DNA from: Vibrio vulnificus CMCP6
GTDB taxonomy: Bacteria; Pseudomonadota; Gammaproteobacteria; Enterobacterales; Vibrionaceae
Length of the DNA: 32,000 nucleotides
Reading direction: 5' to 3'
NCBI RefSeq assembly: GCF_000039765.1
Contig: NC_004460.2
Coordinates: 1,560,001-1,592,000 of the forward strand
The position numbers were made by a program, and so were the translations under genes. Under the pieces are notes generated by a model. That model was not told where the DNA came from. It searched no databases and was given only the letters and a program-made list of their open reading frames with translations. Shown here piece by piece: positions 17,419-30,530 of this stretch (within the stretch, counting starts at the first letter, position 1; each line of letters opens with the position of its first letter).

Positions 17419-17443
17419 AGAAAAAGGGCTCTAATGAGCCCTT
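17419..17443 (-). terminator. Rho-independent terminator of the TrmY-like gene
   Basis: The minus strand reads AAGGGCTC-atta-GAGCCCTTTTT, starting 5 nt after the stop. Confidence 0.65.
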
Positions 17444-17448
17444 CGCAT

Positions 17449-18045
17449 TTATTCCTGCAGATCCAATTCATTTTGAATCAAAGTAACGCATTGGGAGGCA
17501 AACAACATTTTAGGACCAAGGCTAATGTTTTGCGTTCCGAGACGCTTCAGGCTGTTAAAGGTTTTCTTTGGCATCGGAATATGGTCAGTAAGCAAAAAAC
17601 AAGGATTGGCAGCAAACTTAATGTCGCGAACAAACTCGCCTTTCTTTTCCAACATATATAGCTGATGGTTTTCGGCAAGCTGTTGGACCAATCGTTCAAA
17701 GCTAATTGTACGAACGGTGACACCTGGTTCGACATTTCTTAATTCTTCTTTGCCCATACCCGTAGAAGCATCAAGCGCACGAACAACAATGTTCAACAAA
17801 TTTGCTTCGTGGAAGCCGCCCACGTTTGAAACTTCGTTAGAGTGAATGGTAATCGTACGCGAAAAGTCTTTGGTACTCTCTAAAACCAGATGAACGACAA
17901 CATCTTGGCGATGTGACTGTGCGACAAACATCGTGTTCATCAGAGTATGTGCAAGAATCTCAGTATGAGCCTCGTTACCGACTCCTTCTAATAACGCTCG
18001 ACTGTTTGTCGGCGCTGCGCGTGCGCGTAATACAAATGTACGCAT
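17449..18045 (-). CDS. SPOUT-superfamily methyltransferase of the TrmY (tRNA pseudouridine54 N1-methyltransferase, DUF358) type
   Basis: I trimmed the ORF to ATG 18045 (MRTFVLRARAAPT...), which is preceded by AAAGG. About 198 aa. Colinear with archaeal TrmY as remembered (MREFIFKA.., RRDVVFY.., F.I.DH......, ISL.P......C.T...N.LD). Same family as the V. cholerae VCA1059-type protein. Confidence 0.75.
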   Translation of the reverse strand: MRTFVLRARAAPTNSRALLEGVGNEAHTEILAHTLMNTMFVAQSHRQDVVVHLVLESTKDFSRTITIHSNEVSNVGGFHEANLLNIVVRALDASTGMGKEELRNVEPGVTVRTISFERLVQQLAENHQLYMLEKKGEFVRDIKFAANPCFLLTDHIPMPKKTFNSLKRLGTQNISLGPKMLFASQCVTLIQNELDLQE

Positions 18046-18242
18046 GATAGACCTTTGCAGTGAATTCGAATGCACGGAGTATATACCTAACAAATAGTCT
18101 GTTGCGAGTCATGCTGTTATCAAAGTGAGTATTCGAAGTAGAGTGAGAGAGAGCAACTGAGAGAAAGCTTACAAAGGAAACGTTGCGAGTGCATATTGCT
18201 TGGTTAAACTAGTCTGGCACTAAAAGAAGGAGGGCGGTATTC

Positions 18243-18761
18243 GTGCGTCAAATAAATCAAGAAGAATATAGAAAGAAAGGGAACATGGTGATAGTGGCGT
18301 TTCTACTGGCTTTTGCCTGTTCTGCCATTGCATTTAGTACATTGTTGATTGCCCTATTTGGCAACACAGAGATTGTAGAAGGCGAATCAACGGGAAACTT
18401 TGTTTGGAACCTAGTCGGAGTAGTTATTGCTCTTGTCAGTACGCTTTCAATATTGAATCAAATAAAGACGCATCGCTATTTTGATGAGCTTTTGTATGTA
18501 TGGAAGCTTAAACAGACTCATTTAAAGATCTATCGTAAAGTGAATATCCTTAAACATGCTGCTCATAACGAACACAATGAGAGAGCAATGACCATTCTTA
18601 AGTTTTACTATCAAACTCAGCAGCAAGTGTACGAGTTAGACAACAATACACTGACAATAAAGAGTGTATTGAATGAGCTGGAAAGGATTCGTCAGTGGGA
18701 ACAAAACCACAGAGTGCTCAATGCATCCGATTTCCAAGCTGTTTGGTTGAACGATTTCTGA
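18243..18761 (+). CDS. Two-TM membrane protein of unknown function (possibly DUF3087-like)
   Basis: GTG start at 18243 with a strong AAGGAGGG 8 nt upstream. Two hydrophobic helices are followed by a charged C-terminal domain. Confidence 0.6.
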   Translation: MRQINQEEYRKKGNMVIVAFLLAFACSAIAFSTLLIALFGNTEIVEGESTGNFVWNLVGVVIALVSTLSILNQIKTHRYFDELLYVWKLKQTHLKIYRKVNILKHAAHNEHNERAMTILKFYYQTQQQVYELDNNTLTIKSVLNELERIRQWEQNHRVLNASDFQAVWLNDF

Positions 18762-18863
18762 CGAAAACAGATGCTTTTTTTTAACATGGAACCAAGAAAA
18801 ATAACCCTTTGATTGTTTCTTGCGCGAACGAACGGTTTTGTGACATTTTTTATCGAAAAGCAC

Positions 18864-18891
18864 TTGCCAAAGAAACTTCGTTCCCTATAAT
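18864..18891 (+). promoter_or_regulatory. rrn P1-type sigma70 promoter
   Basis: TTGCCA-16 nt-TATAAT followed by the GC-rich discriminator GCGC. An A/T-rich UP-like tract (ACATTTTTTATCGAAAAG) lies upstream. Confidence 0.6.
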
Positions 18892-18979
18892 GCGCATCCA
18901 CCGACACGGCAGACAGCGTAAGGCTTCAGCAAGGTCGGGTGAGGCAAAAGCTTCTGAGAAAATAAATTTGAAAAAGTGT

Positions 18980-19007
18980 TTGACTCTTCAAATTAACTCG
19001 CTAGAAT
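18980..19007 (+). promoter_or_regulatory. rrn P2-type sigma70 promoter
   Basis: TTGACT-16 nt-TAGAAT, with the A-rich tract AAATAAATTTGAAAAAG upstream. Confidence 0.6.
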
Positions 19008-19045
19008 GCACCTCCGCTTTGAGAGAAAAGCTTCTCGAAAAGCAA

Positions 19046-19057
19046 GCTCTTTAACAA
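19046..19057 (+). promoter_or_regulatory. boxA antitermination element (leader)
   Basis: GCTCTTTAACAA matches the rrn boxA consensus TGCTCTTTAACAA. Confidence 0.65.
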
Positions 19058-19203
19058 TATAAACCTATCAATCTGTGTGGGCACTCGTTGATGATAATCC
19101 AAAAGATTTATCAATGAACTGAGTGACCAAAACGATACTAAGTATCGGCACAGTCAATTTATTCAGTATTCATTGAGCCGAAGCGAAAGCTTCAAAAAAC
19201 TTT

Positions 19204-20746
<1,543 letters not shown>

Positions 20747-20813
20747 TACGATGATTATTGCGATGAGTGTTCACACAGATTGATATGGTTTAGAAAGTTT
20801 AGAGTATCTTAGT

Positions 20814-20889
20814 GTCCCGTTCGTCTAGAGGCCTAGGACACCGCCCTTTCACGGCGGTAACAGGGGTTCGACTCCCCTACGGGATACCA
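20814..20889 (+). tRNA. tRNA-Glu (anticodon UUC)
   Basis: 76-nt cloverleaf. Anticodon arm CCGCC-CTTTCAC-GGCGG. Encoded CCA. Near-identical to E. coli tRNA-Glu. Confidence 0.93.
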
Positions 20890-20890
20890 T

Positions 20891-20966
20891 GGGTCGTTAG
20901 CTCAGTCGGTAGAGCAGTTGACTTTTAATCAATTGGTCGCAGGTTCGAATCCTGCACGACCCACCA
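20891..20966 (+). tRNA. tRNA-Lys (anticodon UUU)
   Basis: One base different from E. coli tRNA-Lys. Anticodon loop CTTTTAA. Encoded CCA. Confidence 0.95.
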
Positions 20967-20980
20967 TTACTTCAAGAGTT

Positions 20981-21056
20981 GGGGTTATAGCTCAGCTGGG
21001 AGAGCGCCTGCCTTGCACGCAGGAGGTCTGCGGTTCGATCCCGCATAGCTCCACCA
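20981..21056 (+). tRNA. tRNA-Ala (anticodon UGC)
   Basis: G3:U70 identity pair present. Anticodon loop CTTGCAC. Encoded CCA. Confidence 0.95.
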
Positions 21057-21070
21057 TTCTTGAATGCAAT

Positions 21071-21146
21071 GGGCGATTAGCTCAGTTGGGAGAGCACCTG
21101 CCTTACAAGCAGGGGGTCACTGGTTCGAACCCGGTATCGCCCACCA
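21071..21146 (+). tRNA. tRNA-Val (anticodon UAC)
   Basis: 76-nt cloverleaf. Anticodon loop CTTACAA. Encoded CCA. Confidence 0.93.
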
Positions 21147-21257
21147 CTCTTTAAATATTTTTAGTGTTTCTTGATGAAAACCACCTTCTTTATGTTTGTG
21201 GTTGATTTTTCGACGCTGAGAGTCTTTAAAAAGTGTGTTTCTCGTAGAGAATTGCAT

Positions 21258-21270
21258 TGCTCTTTAACAA
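21258..21270 (+). promoter_or_regulatory. boxA antitermination element (16S-23S spacer)
   Basis: Exact TGCTCTTTAACAA. Confidence 0.7.
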
Positions 21271-21485
21271 TTTGGAAAGCTGACAAAACAACAATTTATT
21301 GTTGTTTGTAAAGTTCTCAATGTTTGTCTTTAAGACAAACACCAACAAACACATTCAAGTGTTCTTGGGAATGTCACTTATAGTGACTATTCGAAATTGA
21401 GTCCGGCAAAATCAACGCTATCTCGCTCATTCAAATAATGAGATAGCAACTTTGGTTGTTTAACAAAGACCCTTTGGGGTTGTAT

Positions 21486-24372
<2,887 letters not shown>

Positions 24373-24460
24373 TACAACACCCAAAGGGTTTTGATGGACT
24401 CAAAGCAAGAACGAATTGAATGTGTAGAGAACATAAACAGCTTTCCGAATTTTAAGAATT

Positions 24461-24580
24461 TGCTTGGCGACCATAGCGTTTTGGACCCACCTGAATCCAT
24501 TCCGAACTCAGAAGTGAAACGAAATAGCGTCGATGGTAGTGTGGGGTTTCCCCATGTGAGAGTAGAACATCGCCAGGCTT
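24461..24580 (+). rRNA. rrf: 5S ribosomal RNA
   Basis: 120 nt, TGCTTGGCGACCATAGCG...CCGAACTCAGAAGTGAAACG...GATGGTAGTGTGGGG...CGCCAGGCTT. Confidence 0.95.
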
Positions 24581-24680
24581 ACTTACTGTCTTTAGGTTAT
24601 TCCTTTTTGTAAAGTGATGTCTGAAGACAAAACTAAAACCTAGCATTATATAAGTAAGACTAAGTTTTAGGACAATTTGT

Positions 24681-24771
24681 GGAGAGATGGCTGAGTGGTT
24701 GAAAGCACCGGTCTTGAAAACCGGCGTACGTTAATAGCGTACCTAGGGTTCAAATCCCTATCTCTCCGCCA
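24681..24771 (+). tRNA. tRNA-Ser (anticodon UGA), long variable arm
   Basis: 91 nt. Acceptor GGAGAGA/TCTCTCC. Anticodon loop CTTGAAA. Variable arm CGTACG..CGTACC. Encoded GCCA end. Confidence 0.93.
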
Positions 24772-24778
24772 CTACATA

Positions 24779-24815
24779 GAAAGCCTGCAAAGTAATTTGC
24801 AGGCTTTCGTCATTT
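24779..24815 (+). terminator. rrn operon terminator
   Basis: 13-bp stem GAAAGCCTGCAAA-gtaa-TTTGCAGGCTTTC immediately after tRNA-Ser. Confidence 0.75.
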
Positions 24816-25011
24816 CTGACGTTTGGATGTTGGCTTGAAATGACTTTGTGTCTCGTCCTGAAGTAAATGTCACATTGAAGACAGATCATCGCAACTTCAC
24901 ATAATCCCTGAGCCTGCGTTAAGCGTACTTAGCATGATGACACTCTAAGCTCCAAATTTTAGGCTATCGAGATGGGTTAGTGGCGTTATAGGCACTGGCA
25001 AACTAGCAGAC

Positions 25012-25041
25012 AAATAAAAAGCCTGAGAGTTATCTCAGGCC
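25012..25041 (-). terminator. Rho-independent terminator of yibL
   Basis: The minus strand reads GCCTGAGA-taac-TCTCAGGC followed by TTTTTATTT. Confidence 0.7.
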
Positions 25042-25069
25042 TTATCTACAGTCATATATGTAGAGCAAC

Positions 25070-25426
25070 TTAAAATGGTTTAGGTGCAAAGCCAGTCATG
25101 ACTTCCAAACGCAGTTCTTTACCCATTTTGGTCATTGGATGGACGATCACTAGTCCTTTGACGCTTTTTTTCAGTTTACCGATATCGGCTTGTTCTGCTT
25201 TGGTGATCTCACGAGAGAAAGGTAAGTCGAGAATACTCTTGCGCTCTTTGTTACGCTCGTAGCTTTGCTTGTGCTTGAGTTGAGAGAGTTTCTTGCTAAC
25301 TTGGTCCACTTCATCGGTAAATTTGCTGATCATTTCATGATCGCCACGAGAACGGGCTGCGTCTAGTTTACGCTGGCAAGCATCAAGACGGTTGTGCAGC
25401 TGTTGAATATCAGTTTTTAAGCTCAT
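25070..25426 (-). CDS. yibL: YibL-family (DUF2810) ribosome-associated protein
   Basis: 118 aa. Colinear with E. coli YibL as remembered (..LSDRLDA.., PF.R.ITK.EQAD.GKLKKSV.GLV.VHPMT..G.E....EMTGF). Confidence 0.8.
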   Translation of the reverse strand: MSLKTDIQQLHNRLDACQRKLDAARSRGDHEMISKFTDEVDQVSKKLSQLKHKQSYERNKERKSILDLPFSREITKAEQADIGKLKKSVKGLVIVHPMTKMGKELRLEVMTGFAPKPF

Positions 25427-25531
25427 GGGTGTGTTCTCTGTGATAAATGGTCGTGAAGTATATCACATTGATAAAAAGACTCGCTATAAAGAGAGTGCGG
25501 TTAACAAGTGCTTAAGCGTAGGTAACGAACA

Positions 25532-26419
25532 TCAGCGAAACTGCGTCCTGAATTGTTTCGGTGTCATCTGTTTCAAGGCTTTAAAGTGACGGTTAAAATT
25601 AGAGAGATTCTGAAAACCAGTTTGTTCCGCAATTAATTGGATGGGTAGGTCCGTCCGGGTGAGTTTTTCGCACGCTTTGCCGATTCGATATTGCTTCAAA
25701 TGCTCCGAGAAACTGCAGCCATAGTGTTTAGCAAAGAGGCGATAGGCAGAGCTTTCACTAAGATGTAAAGCATGGCAAAAATCGTCCATTCGAATGTTTT
25801 TGGAGTAATGGCTTTCGATGAATGCTCTGGCGAGTTGCAGCCTTTTATTGGTTGCACCTTGTTCATTCACCGCTTTTAGCTGATAAGGCGTATAAGAGAC
25901 TCTCTGCGCTGCCTTGTCGTCTGATAGGCACATTAGGATATGAATGATATCAAGAGCTTGGTACTTTCGCTGCTTCTGCTCTAATCCGATTAGGCGTGCT
26001 GATAGCTCGTTGACGATGTTTGGAGAGAAGAGTAAGCCGTACTTTGATTCCTCTAAAAGAGCGACAATGCTTTGTGCGTCTGGAATCGTACTCACAATAT
26101 CCAGTATCCACTGATGACTGAACCATATGATCACGGTGTCTAGGGGTTTGGCTACGTGACTGGTCGACTGGCCTGCAACCATATGAGGCAGTCCTGGCCC
26201 ATAGAGCAGTAAGGTATTGTGAGATGTGGTTCCTATGGCATCACCCGCAAAATATTTCCCTTCAAAGATGCCATCTGAGTCGAGGTAGAAAACCAGTTCA
26301 TATTCGGTGTGGTAATGCCATGGGCATGCGAACTCTTCTAAGGGAGCCTCACAGTGATACCTTTTTACTAACCAATTAAAACTCTCTTCAAGCAGTACGT
26401 TTTCGACGAAAGGTTTCAT
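25532..26419 (-). CDS. AraC/XylS-family transcriptional regulator (cupin-like N-domain plus double HTH)
   Basis: 295 aa. The C-terminal AraC HTH pair ends ...IAEQTGFQNLSNFNRHFKALKQMTPKQFR. Confidence 0.9.
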   Translation of the reverse strand: MKPFVENVLLEESFNWLVKRYHCEAPLEEFACPWHYHTEYELVFYLDSDGIFEGKYFAGDAIGTTSHNTLLLYGPGLPHMVAGQSTSHVAKPLDTVIIWFSHQWILDIVSTIPDAQSIVALLEESKYGLLFSPNIVNELSARLIGLEQKQRKYQALDIIHILMCLSDDKAAQRVSYTPYQLKAVNEQGATNKRLQLARAFIESHYSKNIRMDDFCHALHLSESSAYRLFAKHYGCSFSEHLKQYRIGKACEKLTRTDLPIQLIAEQTGFQNLSNFNRHFKALKQMTPKQFRTQFR

Positions 26420-26556
26420 GTTGCTAGGCTATTTCGGTCACCTAATTAATGAAAAGTGACGGAATGATATTAGTTAACGATGGAATGGCACCACTTTACG
26501 CGGGTTCATGAGAATAAACTAGCCGACATATTCAGCATTTATGAAGTCAGTCGGAA

Positions 26557-27762
26557 ATGAGTATGTTGCAAGATCGTACCGCCATTTTATTTGTGATTAC
26601 CGCCACCATTATCGGCTTGTGTGGCGCGTTTTTTTATCCACTCACCAGCTTGTTTTTGGTTGAACGGTTGAATGCCACACCGATGATGCTGAGTCTTTAT
26701 ATGGTGGTTGCGGTAATAAGCTCTGTGTCGGTTTCGCAAGTGATCGCAGGCAAATCAGACAGAGGTTGGCAACGTAAGACGATCTTGCTGATTTCGGTCA
26801 GTTGTCAGCTTGTGACCGTATTTAGCTTTATTTTTATCCGTGAGTACTGGATTGCGATTGTCGTGGTTTCTTTATTGGGCAGCATCAGTGGTGCGGCATT
26901 TGGGCAACTTTTTGCTCTGGGAAGAGAGTATGGCGACAAGTATGTGACTGACAGCGCGAGCTTTGTTTCCACTATGCGAGCGGGAATAGCGATCGCTTGG
27001 GTATTTGGTCCTCCGTTGGCTTTTCTGCTCAAAGCGGCTTATGGCTTTGAAGCGTCATTTACTGTCGCAGCCACCATTATTGCTATGTCAATTTTAGTGA
27101 TATTTCTTGGTATCCCTAATGTCGAACGTAACCTCCGTGTAGAAAAAGAGCCTAGTAGGGCGAATGGGGGCTGGGTATCTTCAGTGAATCCGTTGGTGTC
27201 TATTTATTGCCTCATTATCGTGCTCGCGTTTGCTGCAAACAATCTCTACATCGTTTCGATGCCGTTGTACTTGTCTCAAGAATTGAAAGTCGATGCAAAC
27301 TGGCTTGGCGTGTTGTTTGGAGTGGCTGCGCTGTGCGAGATTCCAGTGATGTTGTGGGCTGGGAAGTTGGCCAGGAGATGGAGTGCATTGACCATAATGA
27401 AAGTCGGTATTGCTTCAGGAGTGCTTTTCTACAGCGTGATGTTATTGGCGACCAACTACACGCACCTCATTGTTGCTCAAATACTGAATGGCATTTTTAT
27501 CGGGACCTGTGCAACGCTGGGGATGGTTGTCATGCAGGATATGATGAAAGACAAGTTAGGTACTGCTTCAACTTTGTTTTCCAACATGTTGCAGCTAAGT
27601 ATGCTGGTGTCGAGTTTGTCGGTCGGCGTGGTTGGTGAACTATTTAATTACTACAGCAGTTTTTACGTGAGTTTGTTTGGTGTCTCTTTAGCACTGATTT
27701 TACTGATCTGCTGCCAAACTAGACTCTCTGCTTCGGCTAAGCTTGTGCCCAACTCAAATTAG
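26557..27762 (+). CDS. MFS transporter of the SET (sugar efflux transporter, SetA/SetB-like) family
   Basis: 401 aa, 12 predicted TM. Colinear with E. coli SetA blocks (KSDRG..RK, QLFALGREY, SxMRAxxxxAWVxGPPLAF, PLYxSxELxxxxxxxG). Confidence 0.85.
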   Translation: MSMLQDRTAILFVITATIIGLCGAFFYPLTSLFLVERLNATPMMLSLYMVVAVISSVSVSQVIAGKSDRGWQRKTILLISVSCQLVTVFSFIFIREYWIAIVVVSLLGSISGAAFGQLFALGREYGDKYVTDSASFVSTMRAGIAIAWVFGPPLAFLLKAAYGFEASFTVAATIIAMSILVIFLGIPNVERNLRVEKEPSRANGGWVSSVNPLVSIYCLIIVLAFAANNLYIVSMPLYLSQELKVDANWLGVLFGVAALCEIPVMLWAGKLARRWSALTIMKVGIASGVLFYSVMLLATNYTHLIVAQILNGIFIGTCATLGMVVMQDMMKDKLGTASTLFSNMLQLSMLVSSLSVGVVGELFNYYSSFYVSLFGVSLALILLICCQTRLSASAKLVPNSN

Positions 27763-27773
27763 CCCTCAGAGAA

Positions 27774-28628
27774 TCAATGGTAATATTGCCGATAAATGGA
27801 GTCGGTAATGCCGGAGATTTTCATCTCCATCAGCTCTTTTTGAAAACGAAACGCGAGGCAATCCGAGGCGATCACTGTAGGGAAGTTGATAACGCTTTGT
27901 GGCTGACGGCCATCAAAGCTTAGATTAGGTACTTCCGAATAGTGGGAAGAGTATCGGGAAAAACCTAAATAGATGGGTTGGATGCCTCCGCAACAGTCTG
28001 GATGTACTTTCACATCTTGAGGTTGTTCTTGTTTTAGATAGTAGAGCAGAGATTCTCGATTATAGATGTAAAAGTCCCCACGCTTTTTACGCAGTAGTTC
28101 GAAGGCGTCTGCAATGGTCATTTCCGGTGCGGAGTAGATAGAAACGCCTTTCAGCCCGCTAGCAAAGCCTGGAGACCCCAAAGCTTGTACAACGGTATAG
28201 CCATCAAGCTGTGATAATGCCGTTATGTCGGGAAAATCTGCGCGTGACACCCCTATTTCTCCCCCCGGAAAACCATTTTCAATGAAATAGGTATAACGTG
28301 CTCGTGTTTCGTTGTAATTGAAAGCGGGATAGAAGTCGATATCGCCGGCCTCTAGTAGTTTAAGAATTCGGTTTTTTGGGCCCCGAATGATCTTGAGCTT
28401 ACAACCGATGCGTTCTGCGGCTAACGAATAAAAGTCTAAATAAAGGCCACTGTTATCGGGTGACTCTGCAATGAGCGGTAAGCGTTCATTGGTTCTATAT
28501 CCCATGGTTAGCGTGCAAGACAACGCGACCTGGGAAAACATCCATAAAACTATGGTGCAAACCAGCCAACGATATAAATTATAGAAAACAAAGGAGGAGG
28601 GAAATGTGCGTTGGTGTGTCATTGGCAT
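27774..28628 (-). CDS. Periplasmic substrate-binding protein, family 3 (SBP_bac_3-like), orphan; start uncertain (28628, 28622 or later)
   Basis: Hydrophobic leader YRWLVCTIVLWMFSQVALS. The two-lobe SBP pattern (LKLLEAGDIDFYPAF..., TVVQALGS...) fits amino-acid-type binding proteins. Confidence 0.65.
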   Translation of the reverse strand: MPMTHQRTFPSSFVFYNLYRWLVCTIVLWMFSQVALSCTLTMGYRTNERLPLIAESPDNSGLYLDFYSLAAERIGCKLKIIRGPKNRILKLLEAGDIDFYPAFNYNETRARYTYFIENGFPGGEIGVSRADFPDITALSQLDGYTVVQALGSPGFASGLKGVSIYSAPEMTIADAFELLRKKRGDFYIYNRESLLYYLKQEQPQDVKVHPDCCGGIQPIYLGFSRYSSHYSEVPNLSFDGRQPQSVINFPTVIASDCLAFRFQKELMEMKISGITDSIYRQYYH

Positions 28629-28750
28629 TTTCCAGCAAATCTCACTGACTATGCATAAAGCATAGCGCAAACTTGATGTTTTCTACCACGCAGTTGCCCG
28701 TTCTTTTCCTCGTCCGGTATAGTGTGGGAAACGCTTTTCTTAAACGGTGA

Positions 28751-29236
28751 ATGATGCGATTACTGTTGATGCTATTGATACTCAGCACTGGCTCAGTTTG
28801 CTTTGCAAACGAGCAAGTTGATTGGGTGAAAGTGGATAAATCAAAACGGCGACTTTACCTCATGTCGGGTGAGGAAGTCATACGTGAATATCGAATCGCA
28901 TTGGGCAAACAACCAAAAGGGCATAAGGTTCAAGAAGGCGATCAACGTACCCCTGAAGGGATTTACACGTTGGACTATGTGACAGAAGAGTCTGCCTTTT
29001 ATCGCTCTGTACACATCAGTTACCCGAATCCGATAGACAGCTTACTGGCAAAGGAAAAAGGGCTCTCTCCTGGTGGTGATATCAAGGTGCATGGCCTGCG
29101 TGATGGTGAACAGCGAGATCCGCGATTTGTGCAAAGCTTTGATTGGACGAACGGGTGTATTGCACTCACCAACCAAGAGATGGATGAGTTTATCCGTTTA
29201 GTTAAGATGGGTACCCCTATTCATATTGAGTGGTAA
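28751..29236 (+). CDS. L,D-transpeptidase (YkuD domain) family protein
   Basis: 161 aa. Signal peptide. YkuD catalytic signature IKVHG...WTNGCIAL. Confidence 0.85.
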   Translation: MMRLLLMLLILSTGSVCFANEQVDWVKVDKSKRRLYLMSGEEVIREYRIALGKQPKGHKVQEGDQRTPEGIYTLDYVTEESAFYRSVHISYPNPIDSLLAKEKGLSPGGDIKVHGLRDGEQRDPRFVQSFDWTNGCIALTNQEMDEFIRLVKMGTPIHIEW

Positions 29237-29484
29237 TTTATCTCTTTCTGTTATTCGGGTTACAAATGTTTCTTGTGTGATCTTTTCAATCCATCGACAA
29301 CAGTTCGTTTTCTTTTTAATTAATGGTTAAGTAATTCTCACTGAGTGAGAATTTACTCGCCCACCGTGTCGCGATATCGGTTGCGTTTTGGCATTATGTT
29401 TTTGCTCAATAAATATCCTGCTTATGTCGGGAAATAATAACCAACGGAGAGATTCATCTTCGAACAAGTAAAAGAGTAAAACTT

Positions 29485-30372
29485 TTGAATTCTGAACGTA
29501 AAGCTGCCAGCATTTTAATTCTTGCAACAATCCTTTCTGCCTTTGGGTGGATTTTTTCTAAAGAGACCATACAAGGGCTGCCGCCATTTGGTTTTGTCGG
29601 TCTGCGCTTTTTAATCGCCTCACTCTGCTTACTCCCCTTTTGCTACCGTTCTCTGTTTAAAGCCAGTTGGGGGGATGTTCGCTCCGCAGCGTTAGTGGGA
29701 TTACTCTTAGCCACGGCACTGATGAGTTGGATTCATGCGATTTCCATCAGCGACACCTTGGGGGAAGGGGCATTTATCCTCAGCCTCTCCATGTTGATGG
29801 TGCCATTTGTTGCTTGGGTGCTGTTTAAGCAAAGACCCAAACGCATTTTCTGGGTCTCTTTGCCGATTGCCGCGTCGGGGTTGGCTTTCCTCTCTTTGGC
29901 GGATGGTTGGCAGAGTTCGGTCAGTCAGTTGTGGTTTCTGTTTAATGCGGTCGTTTTGGCTTTGCACTTCAATATCAATAGCAAATATTCGCAAACACTC
30001 CCCATCTTGGTTTTAACCTGTATTCAACTGTTTGTGACGGGGGTGATTGGTTTGTCGGCCAGTTTGCTCTTCGAAAGCGTGCCAACTCATATAGAGCCAA
30101 CGATCTGGGCTTGGTTTGCGGCGAGTACCATTCTCGCTACCGCATTGCGATACGTGATGCAGACAATGGCTCAAAAGCAGATCAATCCAGGCAATGCGGC
30201 GCTTATCATGATCCTCGAACCTGTTTGGACTGTGATACTGAGTGTGTTGTGGTACAGCGAATCTCTTTCGACCAACAAGCTTGTTGGCTGCGGTCTGATC
30301 TTATTCTCACTGATTTTGTATCGGACAGACGGTAAGCTAAGCTTGTTAGTGAAGAGTCAAAAATCCGTATAG
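29485..30372 (+). CDS. DMT-superfamily (EamA-type) transporter
   Basis: 295 aa. Ten hydrophobic helices as two EamA repeats. The start is an apparent TTG and is not secure. Confidence 0.75.
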   Translation: MNSERKAASILILATILSAFGWIFSKETIQGLPPFGFVGLRFLIASLCLLPFCYRSLFKASWGDVRSAALVGLLLATALMSWIHAISISDTLGEGAFILSLSMLMVPFVAWVLFKQRPKRIFWVSLPIAASGLAFLSLADGWQSSVSQLWFLFNAVVLALHFNINSKYSQTLPILVLTCIQLFVTGVIGLSASLLFESVPTHIEPTIWAWFAASTILATALRYVMQTMAQKQINPGNAALIMILEPVWTVILSVLWYSESLSTNKLVGCGLILFSLILYRTDGKLSLLVKSQKSV

Positions 30373-30530
30373 AGAGAGTGAAAAATCGTCAACTTATCGA
30401 CTCATATATCGTAAAGAGAAGAGCAGTTAGATGTTTCAACTTAATTATGTCTTATTGGCCAAATAAAATGGAAGTGGTTGGCGTAATCAGCATAAAATTG
30501 TGATCTAAGTTGTACTATGTCAGGGAATGA

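Noticed and set aside
20918-21154. A 78-aa ORF spanning the tRNA-Lys, tRNA-Ala and tRNA-Val genes.
   Set aside because: The region is fully explained by three canonical tRNA cloverleaves.
24530-24566. Two departures of the 5S rRNA from the enterobacterial consensus: AGCGTCGATGG where AGCGCCGATGG is expected, and AGTAGAAC where AGTAGG.. is expected.
   Set aside because: The two positions pair with each other in helix V (C70-G106 in E. coli numbering). The change is therefore a compensatory C-G to U-A swap, which is normal covariation and not damage. The same holds for the 23S CTAG...CTAG pair at about 22525 and 22577.
24772-25069. tRNA-Ser at the end of the rrn operon as a possible genomic-island integration site.
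   Set aside because: There is no integrase, and I saw no duplicated tRNA 3' end or direct repeat downstream. The next gene is conserved yibL, only 300 bp away.
29327-29530. A 67-aa minus-strand ORF overlapping the DMT transporter start.
   Set aside because: It has an odd composition and no SD, and it overlaps the transporter's first helix in antisense.
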